Positions 52,851-63,331 are shown, counted from the stretch's first letter. The stretch: DNA of 64,000 nt from Fusobacterium necrophorum (GCF_004134945.1 NZ_SBAP01000001.1:83401-147400), one strand, 5' to 3'. A program made the numbers and translations. The notes: a model not told the origin generated them from the sequence alone.

Positions 52851-54608
52851 TTATTTTTTTGTATAAGTATTAAATTCTCTGATAGCTCTTGGTAGAAGCA
52901 TTTGATGGAAAGCACAAATTGCTTTCGGATTTTGATATACAGAGTTTACAAAGGCAATCATGTAAGCTCTAATATCATAAAGATTTACAATTTCATCTAC
53001 CATTCCTGTTTTTGCACAATATTCCGGAGTAGATTTTTCTTTGTATTCATTGATTAGTTTATTCATTTTTTCAATAGTTGGAGTTAAATCTTTTCCGGCT
53101 TTTTTATCTTTCACCAATCTTCTTGAATACATTGCAGTTGCCGCCGTTTCTCCATTCATTACGTTAATTTCTGTTGCCGCCGTTCCTAAAGAGAAAGCAT
53201 TGGTATCATTTCCTTGAGGTCCTCCTAATACATAGTGAGCCGCTGCGGTTCCTTTTCTTAAAGTCACTTCCATTTGAGGAACTTTTGAATTTTGAATAGA
53301 GTAGATTAAAGATTGTCCCAATCCTAATAATTCTGCTTTTTCCGCATCATTTCCCACGTCAATTCCGGTAGTATCTTGTAGCCAAACGATAGGCAATTTA
53401 TCTCGTGAGCAAAGAGTAACAAATTCATTCATTTTTACAAGCCCTTGTCGATACAATTTTCCACCGATTCCAATTGCATTTTCTTTGTATTCAGGATATT
53501 TCATCAATAATCCTTGGAAGTTTGCAACAATTCCTACCAACAATCCGTCAACTTTTGCAAGTCCGGTTACAATTTCCGGTCCATATCCTTTTTTGTATTC
53601 GCTAAATTCACTGTTGTCCACTAATCTTCCTATAATATCATAAATATTATACACTTTCTTTTGATTCATCGGTAAAATAGAATATAAATCATTTGGATCC
53701 AAAGCCGGTTCCATCGGTTCATCCACTCGGAAAAATTCTAAGTTATAAGATGGTAAACAATCCATATAATATCGAATCGCATCTAAAACTCCAACTTCTT
53801 CTGCATATACTTCTCGGAAGAATCCTGTTTGATCATAGTGAATGGAAACCGTTCCCGGAACATCTACCCCTTTTGCCTTTGCAGTTGCTTCAATAATTTG
53901 TTCCGCTCCCTCTTGATCAATGTATCCTTTCGGATTCATTCCTCCTACAATTCCTGCTCCTCCTACTGCCATATTGGCATCTTTATGAGCAATTAAGATA
54001 GTAGGACTGATACTATGATATCCTCCTCCTGCAGGGTTGGTTCCATAAATTCCAACAATAACCGGAATTCCGGCTTGTTGCAAGTCCGCATTTCGATAGA
54101 AAGGAGTTCCCCCTCCTCTTCTATTGGCATATACTTTCTCTTGTTCGTCCAATTTTACCCCACTACAGTTTAAAATGTATACCAAAGGAATTCCTAAACA
54201 TTTCGCAGTATCGGAAGCTCTTAATAAGTTATCCGATTGTCCCGGTACCCAAGCTCCTACGATTTTTTTATTGTCAGATGCTACAATCATAGCCCATTTT
54301 CCATTGATTCTTCCCAATCCTTTCACAATTCCTGTCGCAGTTTCAAAATCTTCCGGATTGTAAAGACTATTTAATGGACACCAAGTTCCTTCATCTATTA
54401 ATTCTGCAATTCTTTGTAAAGCTGTTAATTGTCCTTTTTCTGCAATTTTTTCATCAGGAGTTCCTGCTGCATGAACTTCCTCTATCAACTTCGCAATTTT
54501 ATCCTCTACTTCTCTTACTTGTTGTTCATTTTGCTCGTCAATTCTTGTTAATTCCTTTCCAATTTGTTCCATATTTTGGAAATAATTAGGCATTGAATAG
54601 TTTCCCAT
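52851..54608 (-). CDS. gcdA: Glutaconyl-CoA decarboxylase subunit alpha (carboxyltransferase)
   Basis: 585 aa acyl-CoA carboxyltransferase fold. Embedded in the gcd/gct/hgd locus. Confidence 0.85.
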   Translation of the reverse strand: MGNYSMPNYFQNMEQIGKELTRIDEQNEQQVREVEDKIAKLIEEVHAAGTPDEKIAEKGQLTALQRIAELIDEGTWCPLNSLYNPEDFETATGIVKGLGRINGKWAMIVASDNKKIVGAWVPGQSDNLLRASDTAKCLGIPLVYILNCSGVKLDEQEKVYANRRGGGTPFYRNADLQQAGIPVIVGIYGTNPAGGGYHSISPTILIAHKDANMAVGGAGIVGGMNPKGYIDQEGAEQIIEATAKAKGVDVPGTVSIHYDQTGFFREVYAEEVGVLDAIRYYMDCLPSYNLEFFRVDEPMEPALDPNDLYSILPMNQKKVYNIYDIIGRLVDNSEFSEYKKGYGPEIVTGLAKVDGLLVGIVANFQGLLMKYPEYKENAIGIGGKLYRQGLVKMNEFVTLCSRDKLPIVWLQDTTGIDVGNDAEKAELLGLGQSLIYSIQNSKVPQMEVTLRKGTAAAHYVLGGPQGNDTNAFSLGTAATEINVMNGETAATAMYSRRLVKDKKAGKDLTPTIEKMNKLINEYKEKSTPEYCAKTGMVDEIVNLYDIRAYMIAFVNSVYQNPKAICAFHQMLLPRAIREFNTYTKK

Positions 54609-54628
54609 GTATGCTCTCCTCTCGTTTT

Positions 54629-55426
54629 TTATTCTTCTACTGGTACTTTGATAAACGCTTGTCCCGGATCAATTTCTTCCCGAATCATTTTAATGACTTC
54701 TTCGCTTGGAGCCTCTAATAAGACAGCTCTGGAAGTATCAATTTCAAATCCGGTATTTTCAATAATATCTTCAATGGACGAACTTGGATAGTATCCGGCT
54801 AGATACATTCTCTTCGTTTTTTCATCAAATCGTAATACTCCTCTATCCGTTACAACTGCAATCGGTCCTCTATTCCCGGGAAGTCCTAATTTTTCTCTTC
54901 CTCCGGGTCCATCTCCCCATCCTACACTTGTCACATAGTCAACTTGATCAATAAATCTTCTCTTTTCATGTTGCATCATGATGACAGTGTTAGAATACGT
55001 TGCAATGGCATTTGCTCCTCCGGAGCCTGTAAATCTTGTTTTTGGATGATGATAATCCCCGATACAAGTAGAGTTTACGTTTCCATAAGGGTCGATTTGT
55101 GCTCCTCCAATAAAAGCAATCATTCTATCATTATTATTCAATAATTCATTTGCTTCGAATCCGATGAAACGAATATTTGGCCATTGTACTCCACAATGAG
55201 CCATTAATCTACAGTCTCCAACACTTCTCGGCACTTCAATTGGACTACAATCCATAAGTCCGCTTTCCACAATCAGTTTACAGTTTGGAGCAAAAATTCT
55301 TTTTGCTAAAGAAGCTCCAATCAAAGGAAGTCCTGTTCCTACGATTACGATTTGTCCATCTGTAATTTCTTTTGCAATAGTAATTGCCTGCATTTCTTTA
55401 TTGGTATAATTTTTATAATTTGCCAT
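54629..55426 (-). CDS. gctB: Glutaconate CoA-transferase subunit B
   Basis: 265 aa, 3-oxoacid CoA-transferase family B subunit. Gap of 1 nt to gctA. Confidence 0.85.
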   Translation of the reverse strand: MANYKNYTNKEMQAITIAKEITDGQIVIVGTGLPLIGASLAKRIFAPNCKLIVESGLMDCSPIEVPRSVGDCRLMAHCGVQWPNIRFIGFEANELLNNNDRMIAFIGGAQIDPYGNVNSTCIGDYHHPKTRFTGSGGANAIATYSNTVIMMQHEKRRFIDQVDYVTSVGWGDGPGGREKLGLPGNRGPIAVVTDRGVLRFDEKTKRMYLAGYYPSSSIEDIIENTGFEIDTSRAVLLEAPSEEVIKMIREEIDPGQAFIKVPVEE

Positions 55427-55427
55427 T

Positions 55428-56393
55428 TTATTTTGCCTCCTTCACTAATTTCGCAGCATATCCGAATCCTGGTACAACTCGTAATTTTGCTAATCTACTA
55501 GCTCCGACTTTATCGATATATTCCTCATTATCTTTAATGTTATATACCCATTCTTGTAGGAAGGCTTTGAAATCTTCTTCTGTTTTTGTCACTTTGTCAT
55601 ACATTTTATAAAAATCTGCATCATAGTCATAATAGTTATAACATTGAGATGGATGTGCTCCAAACGGTGCATGAACCACCGCATCTACACAAAATTGCGG
55701 AATGGAATTCTTACTTGGATCTTTTCTGATTTCTTCTTCCGTTACTAATTCTTCACAAGTTACAATACAATGTTTTGCCGCAATGGCAATATCAATATCA
55801 TGGAATTCATCCCCTTCGATAGAACAAGTTCCATTGATAGATGCTTTTTGAACATGAATCAGTGCCACATCCAATCTAGGAACCGGAACTGCTACTACTT
55901 TTTCTCCCGGAACCAAAGGATTTTCGATTTCCACTAATTTGTCATTTGGCAGTTTAGGATCTTTTTCTCTTACTTCTTTGCTAATTCCCCATTTATTCAC
56001 AAGGTCAGATCCTTGCATCAATTTTACCGGTAAAAACGGTAATCCTAACGAAGAAGCATGAAGCATATACATAATGACATCTTGAGAATAATCTTCCAAA
56101 TTCATTTTTCCAACTTTTTCGACTTCATGTCGGAATCTTCTACATACATTTGTATACCCTGAGTTTGCAATATAACAGTTGATGAAGTTTCTTACTCTTC
56201 CCTCTCCAATCAACATATCCCAATCTCCACCTGCCGGACCGGAATATCCTGTAAAATCTCCCAATCCTTGTCTTAAAATTTCATATACTGCCGCATATGG
56301 TTTTCTGTTTGTTGTAAAACCACCGATACAGATACTATCTCCTGATTTTACATAAGTTTTGATTGCGTCATGCAATGACATTACTTTACTCAC
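55428..56393 (-). CDS. gctA: Glutaconate CoA-transferase subunit A
   Basis: 321 aa. CoA-transferase A subunit signature (SGDSICIGGFTTNRKPYAAVYEILRQG). Confidence 0.85.
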   Translation of the reverse strand: MSKVMSLHDAIKTYVKSGDSICIGGFTTNRKPYAAVYEILRQGLGDFTGYSGPAGGDWDMLIGEGRVRNFINCYIANSGYTNVCRRFRHEVEKVGKMNLEDYSQDVIMYMLHASSLGLPFLPVKLMQGSDLVNKWGISKEVREKDPKLPNDKLVEIENPLVPGEKVVAVPVPRLDVALIHVQKASINGTCSIEGDEFHDIDIAIAAKHCIVTCEELVTEEEIRKDPSKNSIPQFCVDAVVHAPFGAHPSQCYNYYDYDADFYKMYDKVTKTEEDFKAFLQEWVYNIKDNEEYIDKVGASRLAKLRVVPGFGYAAKLVKEAK

Positions 56394-56450
56394 AGTAATC
56401 TCCTCCTAAATTTTTATTCATTTTATGATTTCAATGCTATTATGTACGAA

Positions 56451-57593
56451 CTATCTTCCAAAAATTAACATAAAATATCCGGCAGCTACTGCTGATCCAA
56501 TCACTCCCGCTACATTCGGTCCCATGGCATGCATCAATAAGAAGTTCGTTGGATTTTCGGAAGCTCCTACCGTTTGAGCAACTCTGGCAGCCATCGGTAC
56601 TGCCGATACTCCTGCCGATCCAATCAATGGATTAATTTTTCCACCGGTCACAAAATATAATAATTTTCCTAATAAAATTCCTCCTACTGTTGACATACAG
56701 AAAGCAAACAATCCCATAAAAATAATAGCAATCGTTTCTAAACGCAAGAACAATTCCCCGTTCGCTGTTGCTCCCACTGTAACTCCCAACATAATGGTTA
56801 CAATGTTAATCAAAGCATTTTGTGCAGTATCTGATAATCTTTGAACTACCCCTGATTCTTTAAAAATATTTCCTAACATTAACATTCCCAATAAAGGTGC
56901 TACAGAAGGTAATAACAAAGTGGTAAATAAAACAGTTCCAACCGGAAAAACAATTTTTTCTATCTTACTGATTTTTCTCAATTGTTTCATTTTGACCGCT
57001 CGTTCTTTTTTGGTTGTCAATAATTTCATAATAGGGGGTTGAATCAAAGGAATCAATGCCATATAAGAATACGCTGCAACGGCAATCGGTGCCAGAAGTT
57101 CCGGTGCCAAATTATTTGCCAAGTAAATAGATGTCGGTCCGTCTGCCCCTCCAATAATAGCAATTGCTGCAGCTTGTTTTGCTGAGAAAAATGGCAATGA
57201 GTTTGCAAACATAAAGGTCACATAGATTCCAAATTGTGCTGCCGCTCCCAATAACAAACTGATAGGATTTGCAATCAAAGGTCCAAAATCCGTCATTGCC
57301 CCAATTCCCATAAAAATTAAACAAGGGAATAAATTACTTTTGATACCATTATAAATAATTCGTAAAACTCCGGAAGCATACCAAGGATCTGCCTCCTTCA
57401 TCAAATCCGCCAAAGGTAAATTGGTTAAGAAAACTCCAAATGCAATGGGTAATAACAATAGAGGTTCAAACTGTTTTACAATGGCTAAATAAATTAAAAT
57501 AAATGAGATGACAAACATAACTAAGCTTTGCCATGTCAATGCGACAAAACCGGATTTTGCCATCATAATTTCTAAAATTTTAATGAATTCCAT
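56451..57593 (-). CDS. gcdB: Glutaconyl-CoA decarboxylase subunit beta (Na+-translocating, OadB family)
   Basis: 380 aa polytopic membrane protein of the OadB/GcdB/MmdB family. Confidence 0.85.
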   Translation of the reverse strand: MEFIKILEIMMAKSGFVALTWQSLVMFVISFILIYLAIVKQFEPLLLLPIAFGVFLTNLPLADLMKEADPWYASGVLRIIYNGIKSNLFPCLIFMGIGAMTDFGPLIANPISLLLGAAAQFGIYVTFMFANSLPFFSAKQAAAIAIIGGADGPTSIYLANNLAPELLAPIAVAAYSYMALIPLIQPPIMKLLTTKKERAVKMKQLRKISKIEKIVFPVGTVLFTTLLLPSVAPLLGMLMLGNIFKESGVVQRLSDTAQNALINIVTIMLGVTVGATANGELFLRLETIAIIFMGLFAFCMSTVGGILLGKLLYFVTGGKINPLIGSAGVSAVPMAARVAQTVGASENPTNFLLMHAMGPNVAGVIGSAVAAGYFMLIFGR

Positions 57594-57609
57594 TTCTTCC
57601 TCCTAAAAA

Positions 57610-58026
57610 TTATTGAATTTCTACCAACACTGCATCTGTATCAACGTTATCTCCTTTTTTCACTTTAATTGCTGTTACTTTCCCTGCAAATTCAGAAACA
57701 ATTTCATTTTCCATTTTCATAGCTTCTAAAATAACAATGGTTTGTCCCACAGTGACAGTATCTCCTTCTTTCACTTTTAAATCCAAGATAACTCCCGGCA
57801 TAGGACTAACAACTGCATTTGCTGTTCCTGAGCTTGTCGTTGCTGCCGGAGCTGCAACAGGAGCTGCTTTTACTTCTTCCACAGCCGGTGCCGGCTTTTG
57901 AACCGGTATTGATGTTCTTTCTCCTCTTTCCATTGGTCTTCTAGATAAAGATCCCGCTGATCTTCGGTCTGCTCTTTCTACTTCAACTTCAAATTTTTCT
58001 CCATTTACTGTTACAACATACTTCAT
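57610..58026 (-). CDS. gcdC: Glutaconyl-CoA decarboxylase biotin carrier subunit
   Basis: Ala/Pro-rich linker then biotinyl domain with EAMKMENEI, the biotinylation motif. Confidence 0.8.
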   Translation of the reverse strand: MKYVVTVNGEKFEVEVERADRRSAGSLSRRPMERGERTSIPVQKPAPAVEEVKAAPVAAPAATTSSGTANAVVSPMPGVILDLKVKEGDTVTVGQTIVILEAMKMENEIVSEFAGKVTAIKVKKGDNVDTDAVLVEIQ

Positions 58027-58068
58027 AATTTTAATTCTCCTTTCATGTCTTATCTGTTTTTGATTTTT

Positions 58069-58374
58069 TTACATTTTTTGAATGTTGGTTATTACGAATC
58101 TGTCTACCGGTTCTCTTCTCTCTTCACTAATTGCGGCGGTAATCACTGCAATTTTTAAAGCTTCATTCTTATCTTTCTTCGGTGCTTCTGTCACTTTTGC
58201 AGTCATTTTTACTTCCGACTCTTTCACCAAAAGAGTCTTTTCCAAAGCAGCAATCACTTTTGATACGACAGTAACAAAAATCGCCAAAAAGACCAATGAC
58301 AAAAAAACAATAGATATTCCTAGAAGTGATGTAAGCAAGCTTTCTAAAAATCCAATGTACTCTGTTGTAATCAT
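58069..58374 (-). CDS. gcdD: Glutaconyl-CoA decarboxylase delta subunit (OadG-like membrane anchor)
   Basis: 101 aa, single TM (LGISIVFLSLVFLAIFV). OadG family size and position. Confidence 0.65.
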   Translation of the reverse strand: MITTEYIGFLESLLTSLLGISIVFLSLVFLAIFVTVVSKVIAALEKTLLVKESEVKMTAKVTEAPKKDKNEALKIAVITAAISEERREPVDRFVITNIQKM

Positions 58375-58388
58375 TCTCCTTCCTCCTT

Positions 58389-60398
58389 TTATTTTTTTCT
58401 TAGCATTTTTTTCAATGTATCCTCAAAATTTTCCTCCTCAAAGAAATCATTCAATTGAAAAAGTAAATTTTGATCTTCCGCATCCCCTTTTGGAGCAAAG
58501 CATACAAAGTATTCTATTTTTTTCTCTCTTACTATTAAAGGGGTCTCTACATGTACAATCGAAAATCCTGTATGATATACATTTTCTTTCGGTTCCGTAT
58601 AAAATAAAGCACTGTTCTCATTCAAAAGAAACATAAGTCCGTCTTCTTCCAAACGGTTTAGCATATCTTCCATATAAGCTTTTTTGATGTATTTATGCTT
58701 CCATAATATTTCCGTGGCAGCCTTCACCGCTTCTTTCCAATCAAATACATCAAGTTCTATAATTTGATATTTTTGAATGACCAAATTCTCCTTCATTTCT
58801 TGAGCTTTCTCGTCTACAACAATAGTTGGAAAACTTTGTAACAAATCTTCTCTTAGTTTGAAGGCATTGCATTTTTGTATCTCTACATTTCTTTCAATGA
58901 CATTCATCAAAGCATCCAAAGAAATATGTTTATCTTGAGGAGGAAGTTCGAATTCCTCCAGATGATTTCGATCTGATTCCGTTAAAATAGGGCTTACCCT
59001 ACAAAAAGGAATTTTCAAATTCATTTGAGATAAATCGGAGGTCGTGATAATCAAATCCACTTTTTCCTGAAAGTCATCCAATTGCTTCATGGAAATCACA
59101 TGGGCAATCTCCACTAAGAATTCTTCCTCCAATCTGGCTAATAAAAAGTTAATCAAATTTCTTTTGTAAGAAGATACCACCAAAATTCTCTTTGCCTGTC
59201 GAATTCGATTTCGTAAAGCCACCTGAAAAATAGGAACCAAAAAGCCGATTTCATTATCAGAAACTTCCAAGCCTAATAAAGTTTCAAAGCTTTGGAAAGC
59301 TTTTTTCAAATAAAAGAAAGTGTCACCATAGATGGATTTGACTTCTTTTAAAACGGTATTTTTTAATTCAATCTGTTTTGAGCTGCGATAAATTAAAGGT
59401 TTAATATAGTATAAAATATCGTCCAACAATTTTTTATTTTTGACAAGCTGCACTTTCTTGAGAGATTCGAACTCTTTGATTAAGCGATACACTCCCAATT
59501 CTATTTCAATCCAATTCCGATGTCTTGCAAAAATTTCTTTTTCATCACAGGAAATTCGAAGTAAGTAATCAGTTAAGAAGTAAATGTTTAATTCCGACAG
59601 TTCCGGAAATACTTTTCGCAAGGTTTTAAATTCTTTTGTTTCTTTCAATACTTTTTTATTTAGCACTTCCAAGTCTTCAGAATTCAGCTTCCGAAGTTTT
59701 AAGACAGAAATCAACAAAATCAATAAGTTTAAGGTTTCGTCCGTATAAGGTAAATCGATACCTTTAATTTTTTGGTAACTATCTTCCAAAACGGAACAAT
59801 ACATTTTAGTTAAAATTTCATAGACTATTTTTTCAAAATAATTGCTCCGCTTAAAAGAAATTGCCTTTCTTCCCTCATCAAAAGTCACATAATTATATAA
59901 GAAGATGGATAGGTAATAAATCAAGTCGTTATTTTTATATTGAACCCTATATTTTTTATTGGAATATTGTTCTAAATGAATTCCCACTTTTTTTAATTTT
60001 TCCGTCAAAATTTTAATATCTGCACGCAAAGTGGATTTGCTCATTTGCAAACTATCTGCAATCTCTTCGATTTGAAATTCGTCTTCCTGTAAAATAGTTT
60101 CAATAATCAGGAGATCCATTCTTTCTTTTTGCTCATACACATAGTTTTGCACATTCAATCCTTTAATCAGGGAAGCAATATCATTTTCATCCAAAAGACA
60201 GTATATTTTTCTTTTTTTAATAAAAATCTTCTCTTGCCCCAAATTTTCATTTAATTCTTGAATCTTATAACGAATATTTCTTTCCGTTTGATTGAAGATG
60301 TCGGCAACCCTTTTTAAATCATCTTCTTTCTTTAATTCTTTTAAAATTTCAAAATGCTTTGTATTTAGTGCCAAAGAAATTCCCCCAAAATAAAACAA
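58389..60398 (-). CDS. BglG/LicR/MtlR-family transcriptional regulator (HTH domains, PRD domains, EIIB-like, C-terminal PTS EIIA-2-like domain)
   Basis: 669 aa. Tandem N-terminal HTH segments, a central PRD-like helical region, an EIIB-like RILVVSSY segment, and a C-terminus resembling the EIIA-2 active-site region (YHTGFSIVHVETP). Lies 14 nt upstream of gcdD. Confidence 0.55.
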   Translation of the reverse strand: MFYFGGISLALNTKHFEILKELKKEDDLKRVADIFNQTERNIRYKIQELNENLGQEKIFIKKRKIYCLLDENDIASLIKGLNVQNYVYEQKERMDLLIIETILQEDEFQIEEIADSLQMSKSTLRADIKILTEKLKKVGIHLEQYSNKKYRVQYKNNDLIYYLSIFLYNYVTFDEGRKAISFKRSNYFEKIVYEILTKMYCSVLEDSYQKIKGIDLPYTDETLNLLILLISVLKLRKLNSEDLEVLNKKVLKETKEFKTLRKVFPELSELNIYFLTDYLLRISCDEKEIFARHRNWIEIELGVYRLIKEFESLKKVQLVKNKKLLDDILYYIKPLIYRSSKQIELKNTVLKEVKSIYGDTFFYLKKAFQSFETLLGLEVSDNEIGFLVPIFQVALRNRIRQAKRILVVSSYKRNLINFLLARLEEEFLVEIAHVISMKQLDDFQEKVDLIITTSDLSQMNLKIPFCRVSPILTESDRNHLEEFELPPQDKHISLDALMNVIERNVEIQKCNAFKLREDLLQSFPTIVVDEKAQEMKENLVIQKYQIIELDVFDWKEAVKAATEILWKHKYIKKAYMEDMLNRLEEDGLMFLLNENSALFYTEPKENVYHTGFSIVHVETPLIVREKKIEYFVCFAPKGDAEDQNLLFQLNDFFEEENFEDTLKKMLRKK

Positions 60399-60545
60399 TC
60401 TTTTTCATTATAGAACTTTTTCTTTTATATTTTTCTTTCATTATACAACGGATTTCAGAAAAATTATAGTTTTAATTTTTTCATTTTTTTGTGAAATTTT
60501 TAAGAGAAAAATATTTTTTTCACTTTTTCAAAAACATATCTTTTT

Positions 60546-62054
60546 TTATTTTTTCCAAATAAGGCAGTATCGTAATTTTTTTCTTTCCTCTTCAAAACAG
60601 GACTGTTTTTTCCTTTTTAAAATAACGATTTCCACTTCTCCCTTTTCTTCTTCCATAGCAATTTCTATTTTTTTCAAAGAAGAAAAAGCTTCAAAAGTTC
60701 CCAATGTATTATAAAAACTGATGTCTTGTCCTCTATAAAACAGCCTCCAAGATATATCCCCCAAGATATATCCATTCTCCTGGTGATAATCCAACACAAC
60801 GTCCGAAACAAGAGTGGCTAAGATCTTATGCCCTGAAAATCGGAAAGAAAATCTCTCTTCTCCATGCAACAAGCTCGCTTCCTTTACAATGGAATTTTGA
60901 TATTCTTTGTAGATTTCTTCAGAAGAGGCGGAACAACCATAGCCTAAAGAATATTTTTCATAGCCCGTTGCAGCTTGTATTACCATTGCTTTTAAAAATA
61001 AAGGACTTGCTTCCGGATTCCAATATAAAATATTTCCGACAATTCTGCTTATTCTGGCTGTTGCAAAACTGGTTCCGAAAGAACTGACAATCTCTCCCTC
61101 CGGGGAAAAAGAAAACACGCCCTCAATTTTATTTCTTCCTTCTACACTTCTAAGAACATCTCCTCCATACATGGCAATATCGGGTTTTTGTAAAATTTCA
61201 TGCCCCTTTCCACGCAGACTGAAACCGGACACTTTCTTCTCTTGATTACAGGAAGCTACTACCAAAGCTCTCTCCGTATCGGAACCTTGTAACATCATGC
61301 CCGCCTCTTCGGAACTTTGGATAAAATTTCCATTCCCGCAAGATTTACAAATCAAAACATCATAGTTTTCCTGCAAATAATCAAGCAAAAGTCCAAAATC
61401 GGAAATACGATTCTTTTCTATCGGAAAACGAATACTAATGGCAAGATTCCAAATCTTAATCCAGGAATGCTCCGATACCACTTTATAAATTCTCTCATAA
61501 AGTTCATCTTCCTCCAACTGATACACAGAAAAATCCGGTACCACAGCGGCATCAAAAATTCTAAGTTCCTTTCCTCCTGCCCAAGATTGTCCGGATAATA
61601 AATCTCCATATAGGAGAACCCCCGCTACAAACGTTCCATGACTCGGATATTTTTCTTCTTTGCAATAAGAGCTTCCGTCCTCGTACAAAAAATGTTCAAA
61701 CTCTGTCAAACGAGCTATTCCATTATCTAAAATTCCAATCACGGGATAGCAAGTTTCTTTTCCCGAGACTGCGAGATTTCCCCTCTCTCTATCTATTTGT
61801 TTGCTTTGAAAATTCAGAAAATATCGATGCATCCCTTGTATAAAATCAACTTCCGGATTACCGGCTATTTCTTTCTGTAATTCTTCCGAAACATCTTCTA
61901 TTTTATAAATAGAATATCCCGGAAAAAATTCCTTCCTTTGGTAGCAAACTCCTTTTTCTTCTAAAAAATGTTCCCATGTTTTTCGTTGTATTTCTCTTTC
62001 TTCCAGCTCTCGCTTTTTCAATTTTACTTTATAGTGCTTCTTAAATTTTGTCAT
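60546..62054 (-). CDS. Intracellular subtilisin-like serine peptidase (S8 family) with N- and C-terminal extensions of unknown function
   Basis: Catalytic triad contexts present in canonical order: Asp (VIGILDNGIA), His (SHGTFVAGVL), Ser (FGTSFATARISRIVGN). Oxyanion-hole region ICKSCGNGN. No signal peptide (N-terminus MTKFKKHYKVKLKKRELEEREIQRK). Confidence 0.7.
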   Translation of the reverse strand: MTKFKKHYKVKLKKRELEEREIQRKTWEHFLEEKGVCYQRKEFFPGYSIYKIEDVSEELQKEIAGNPEVDFIQGMHRYFLNFQSKQIDRERGNLAVSGKETCYPVIGILDNGIARLTEFEHFLYEDGSSYCKEEKYPSHGTFVAGVLLYGDLLSGQSWAGGKELRIFDAAVVPDFSVYQLEEDELYERIYKVVSEHSWIKIWNLAISIRFPIEKNRISDFGLLLDYLQENYDVLICKSCGNGNFIQSSEEAGMMLQGSDTERALVVASCNQEKKVSGFSLRGKGHEILQKPDIAMYGGDVLRSVEGRNKIEGVFSFSPEGEIVSSFGTSFATARISRIVGNILYWNPEASPLFLKAMVIQAATGYEKYSLGYGCSASSEEIYKEYQNSIVKEASLLHGEERFSFRFSGHKILATLVSDVVLDYHQENGYILGDISWRLFYRGQDISFYNTLGTFEAFSSLKKIEIAMEEEKGEVEIVILKRKKQSCFEEERKKLRYCLIWKK

Positions 62055-62077
62055 ACTTCCTCATTTCTTAAAAAAGA

Positions 62078-62125
62078 GGTGCTTTGCCTGAAAACAATAA
62101 GCAAAACACCCCCCATATTTTTAGT
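62078..62125 (-). terminator. Intrinsic terminator after the second gltS (stem ggtgttttgc/gcaaagcacc with U-run on the minus transcript)
   Basis: 10-bp stem with one mismatch, G/C-rich relative to the surroundings. Followed on the minus strand by TCTTTTTT. Separates gltS2 from the S8 peptidase gene. Confidence 0.55.
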
Positions 62126-62149
62126 CTTTCTTTCCTTATATATATTATC

Positions 62150-63331
62150 TTATCCGACAAAGATGCTTGTGAAGGTTTGAATGATAACGGCATTAAAGAA
62201 GTCGATAAATAAAGATCCTACCAAAGGAATTACGAAAAAGGCTTTCGTTGAGAATCCATTGACAGATGTAAATGCCTCCATATTTGCAATTGCATTTGGA
62301 GTTGCTCCCATTCCGAATCCACAATGTCCTGTTGCCATCACTGCCGCATCATAATCTCTTCCCATAATGTTGAAAGTCACATAGTAAGCGAACAGAGCCA
62401 TGATTACAGTTTGAACCAATAAGATAGTAATCAAAGGAAGTGCCAAATCAGCTAATTGCCATAATTTCATTGACATTAACGCCATAGATAAGAATAAAGA
62501 CAAACATACGTTTCCAACAATCGAAATTTCATTAATTGGAGTTTTATTGGAAGTTCCGTCCACCACATTTCTCATAATTGCTGCAATTAACATCGGAATC
62601 AAATATGCCGGTAGAGACAATCCCGCCTCTTTGACAATAGGAGTAATACAAGCTCCCAATCCCATAGCAATACCAATCATACATACTGCTTTAAAAATTG
62701 ATTTTTCCGTTACTTTTTCTTCTGTTGCCGCTTCTACTTTTTCTTTTGCTTCATCATGACATACTAATTTATATTTTTCCATCAATCGTTTTGCAATCGG
62801 TCCCCCGATAACACATCCTGAAACCAATCCATAAGTGGCGGAAGCAATTGCCACCACGGTAGCCCCCACAACTCCTCTTTCTTCCAAATAAGGTCCGAAA
62901 GCTCCGGAAGTTCCGTGTCCTCCTGTCAACGGAATGGATCCTGCCGCCAATCCGATTCCGGGATTTAATCCGAATGCTTTTGCCAAAGCTACTCCAACTC
63001 CATCTTGAATGATAACTAAAACAATGGCTGCAAATAGGAACAGTGCTACTCCAACTCCTCCTTTTTTCAATAAGGAGAAACTTGCCAAAAATCCGACAGA
63101 AGTAAAAAATACTACCATGAAGAAGTTCTTTAAGTTGGAATCGAATTCAAAATCAAAAGCTCCGGTAGAATGTCCTATCAACAATAAAACAGAGAATAGG
63201 AATCCTCCAATAACTGGTGCAGGAATAAAGTATTTTTGAAACACTCCAACTTTACTTTTTATCCAATTCCCCAATAGTAATAAAATAATTGCTAGACCTA
63301 AAGTTTGATACATATCCAATGTAAATGCCAT
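62150..63331 (-). CDS. gltS: Sodium/glutamate symporter GltS (second copy)
   Basis: 393 aa, same family and topology as 51590-52828 (shared motif ...KYFIPAPVIGGFLFSV / ...[16 protein letters not shown]). Confidence 0.8.
   Translation of the reverse strand: MAFTLDMYQTLGLAIILLLLGNWIKSKVGVFQKYFIPAPVIGGFLFSVLLLIGHSTGAFDFEFDSNLKNFFMVVFFTSVGFLASFSLLKKGGVGVALFLFAAIVLVIIQDGVGVALAKAFGLNPGIGLAAGSIPLTGGHGTSGAFGPYLEERGVVGATVVAIASATYGLVSGCVIGGPIAKRLMEKYKLVCHDEAKEKVEAATEEKVTEKSIFKAVCMIGIAMGLGACITPIVKEAGLSLPAYLIPMLIAAIMRNVVDGTSNKTPINEISIVGNVCLSLFLSMALMSMKLWQLADLALPLITILLVQTVIMALFAYYVTFNIMGRDYDAAVMATGHCGFGMGATPNAIANMEAFTSVNGFSTKAFFVIPLVGSLFIDFFNAVIIQTFTSIFVG

Noticed and set aside
60546-62054. S8 subtilase as the IetS half of an ietAS-type (ATPase plus subtilase) anti-phage pair
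   Set aside because: No ATPase gene is adjacent or co-oriented. The neighbours are gltS and a PRD regulator, and a terminator separates it from the upstream gene.
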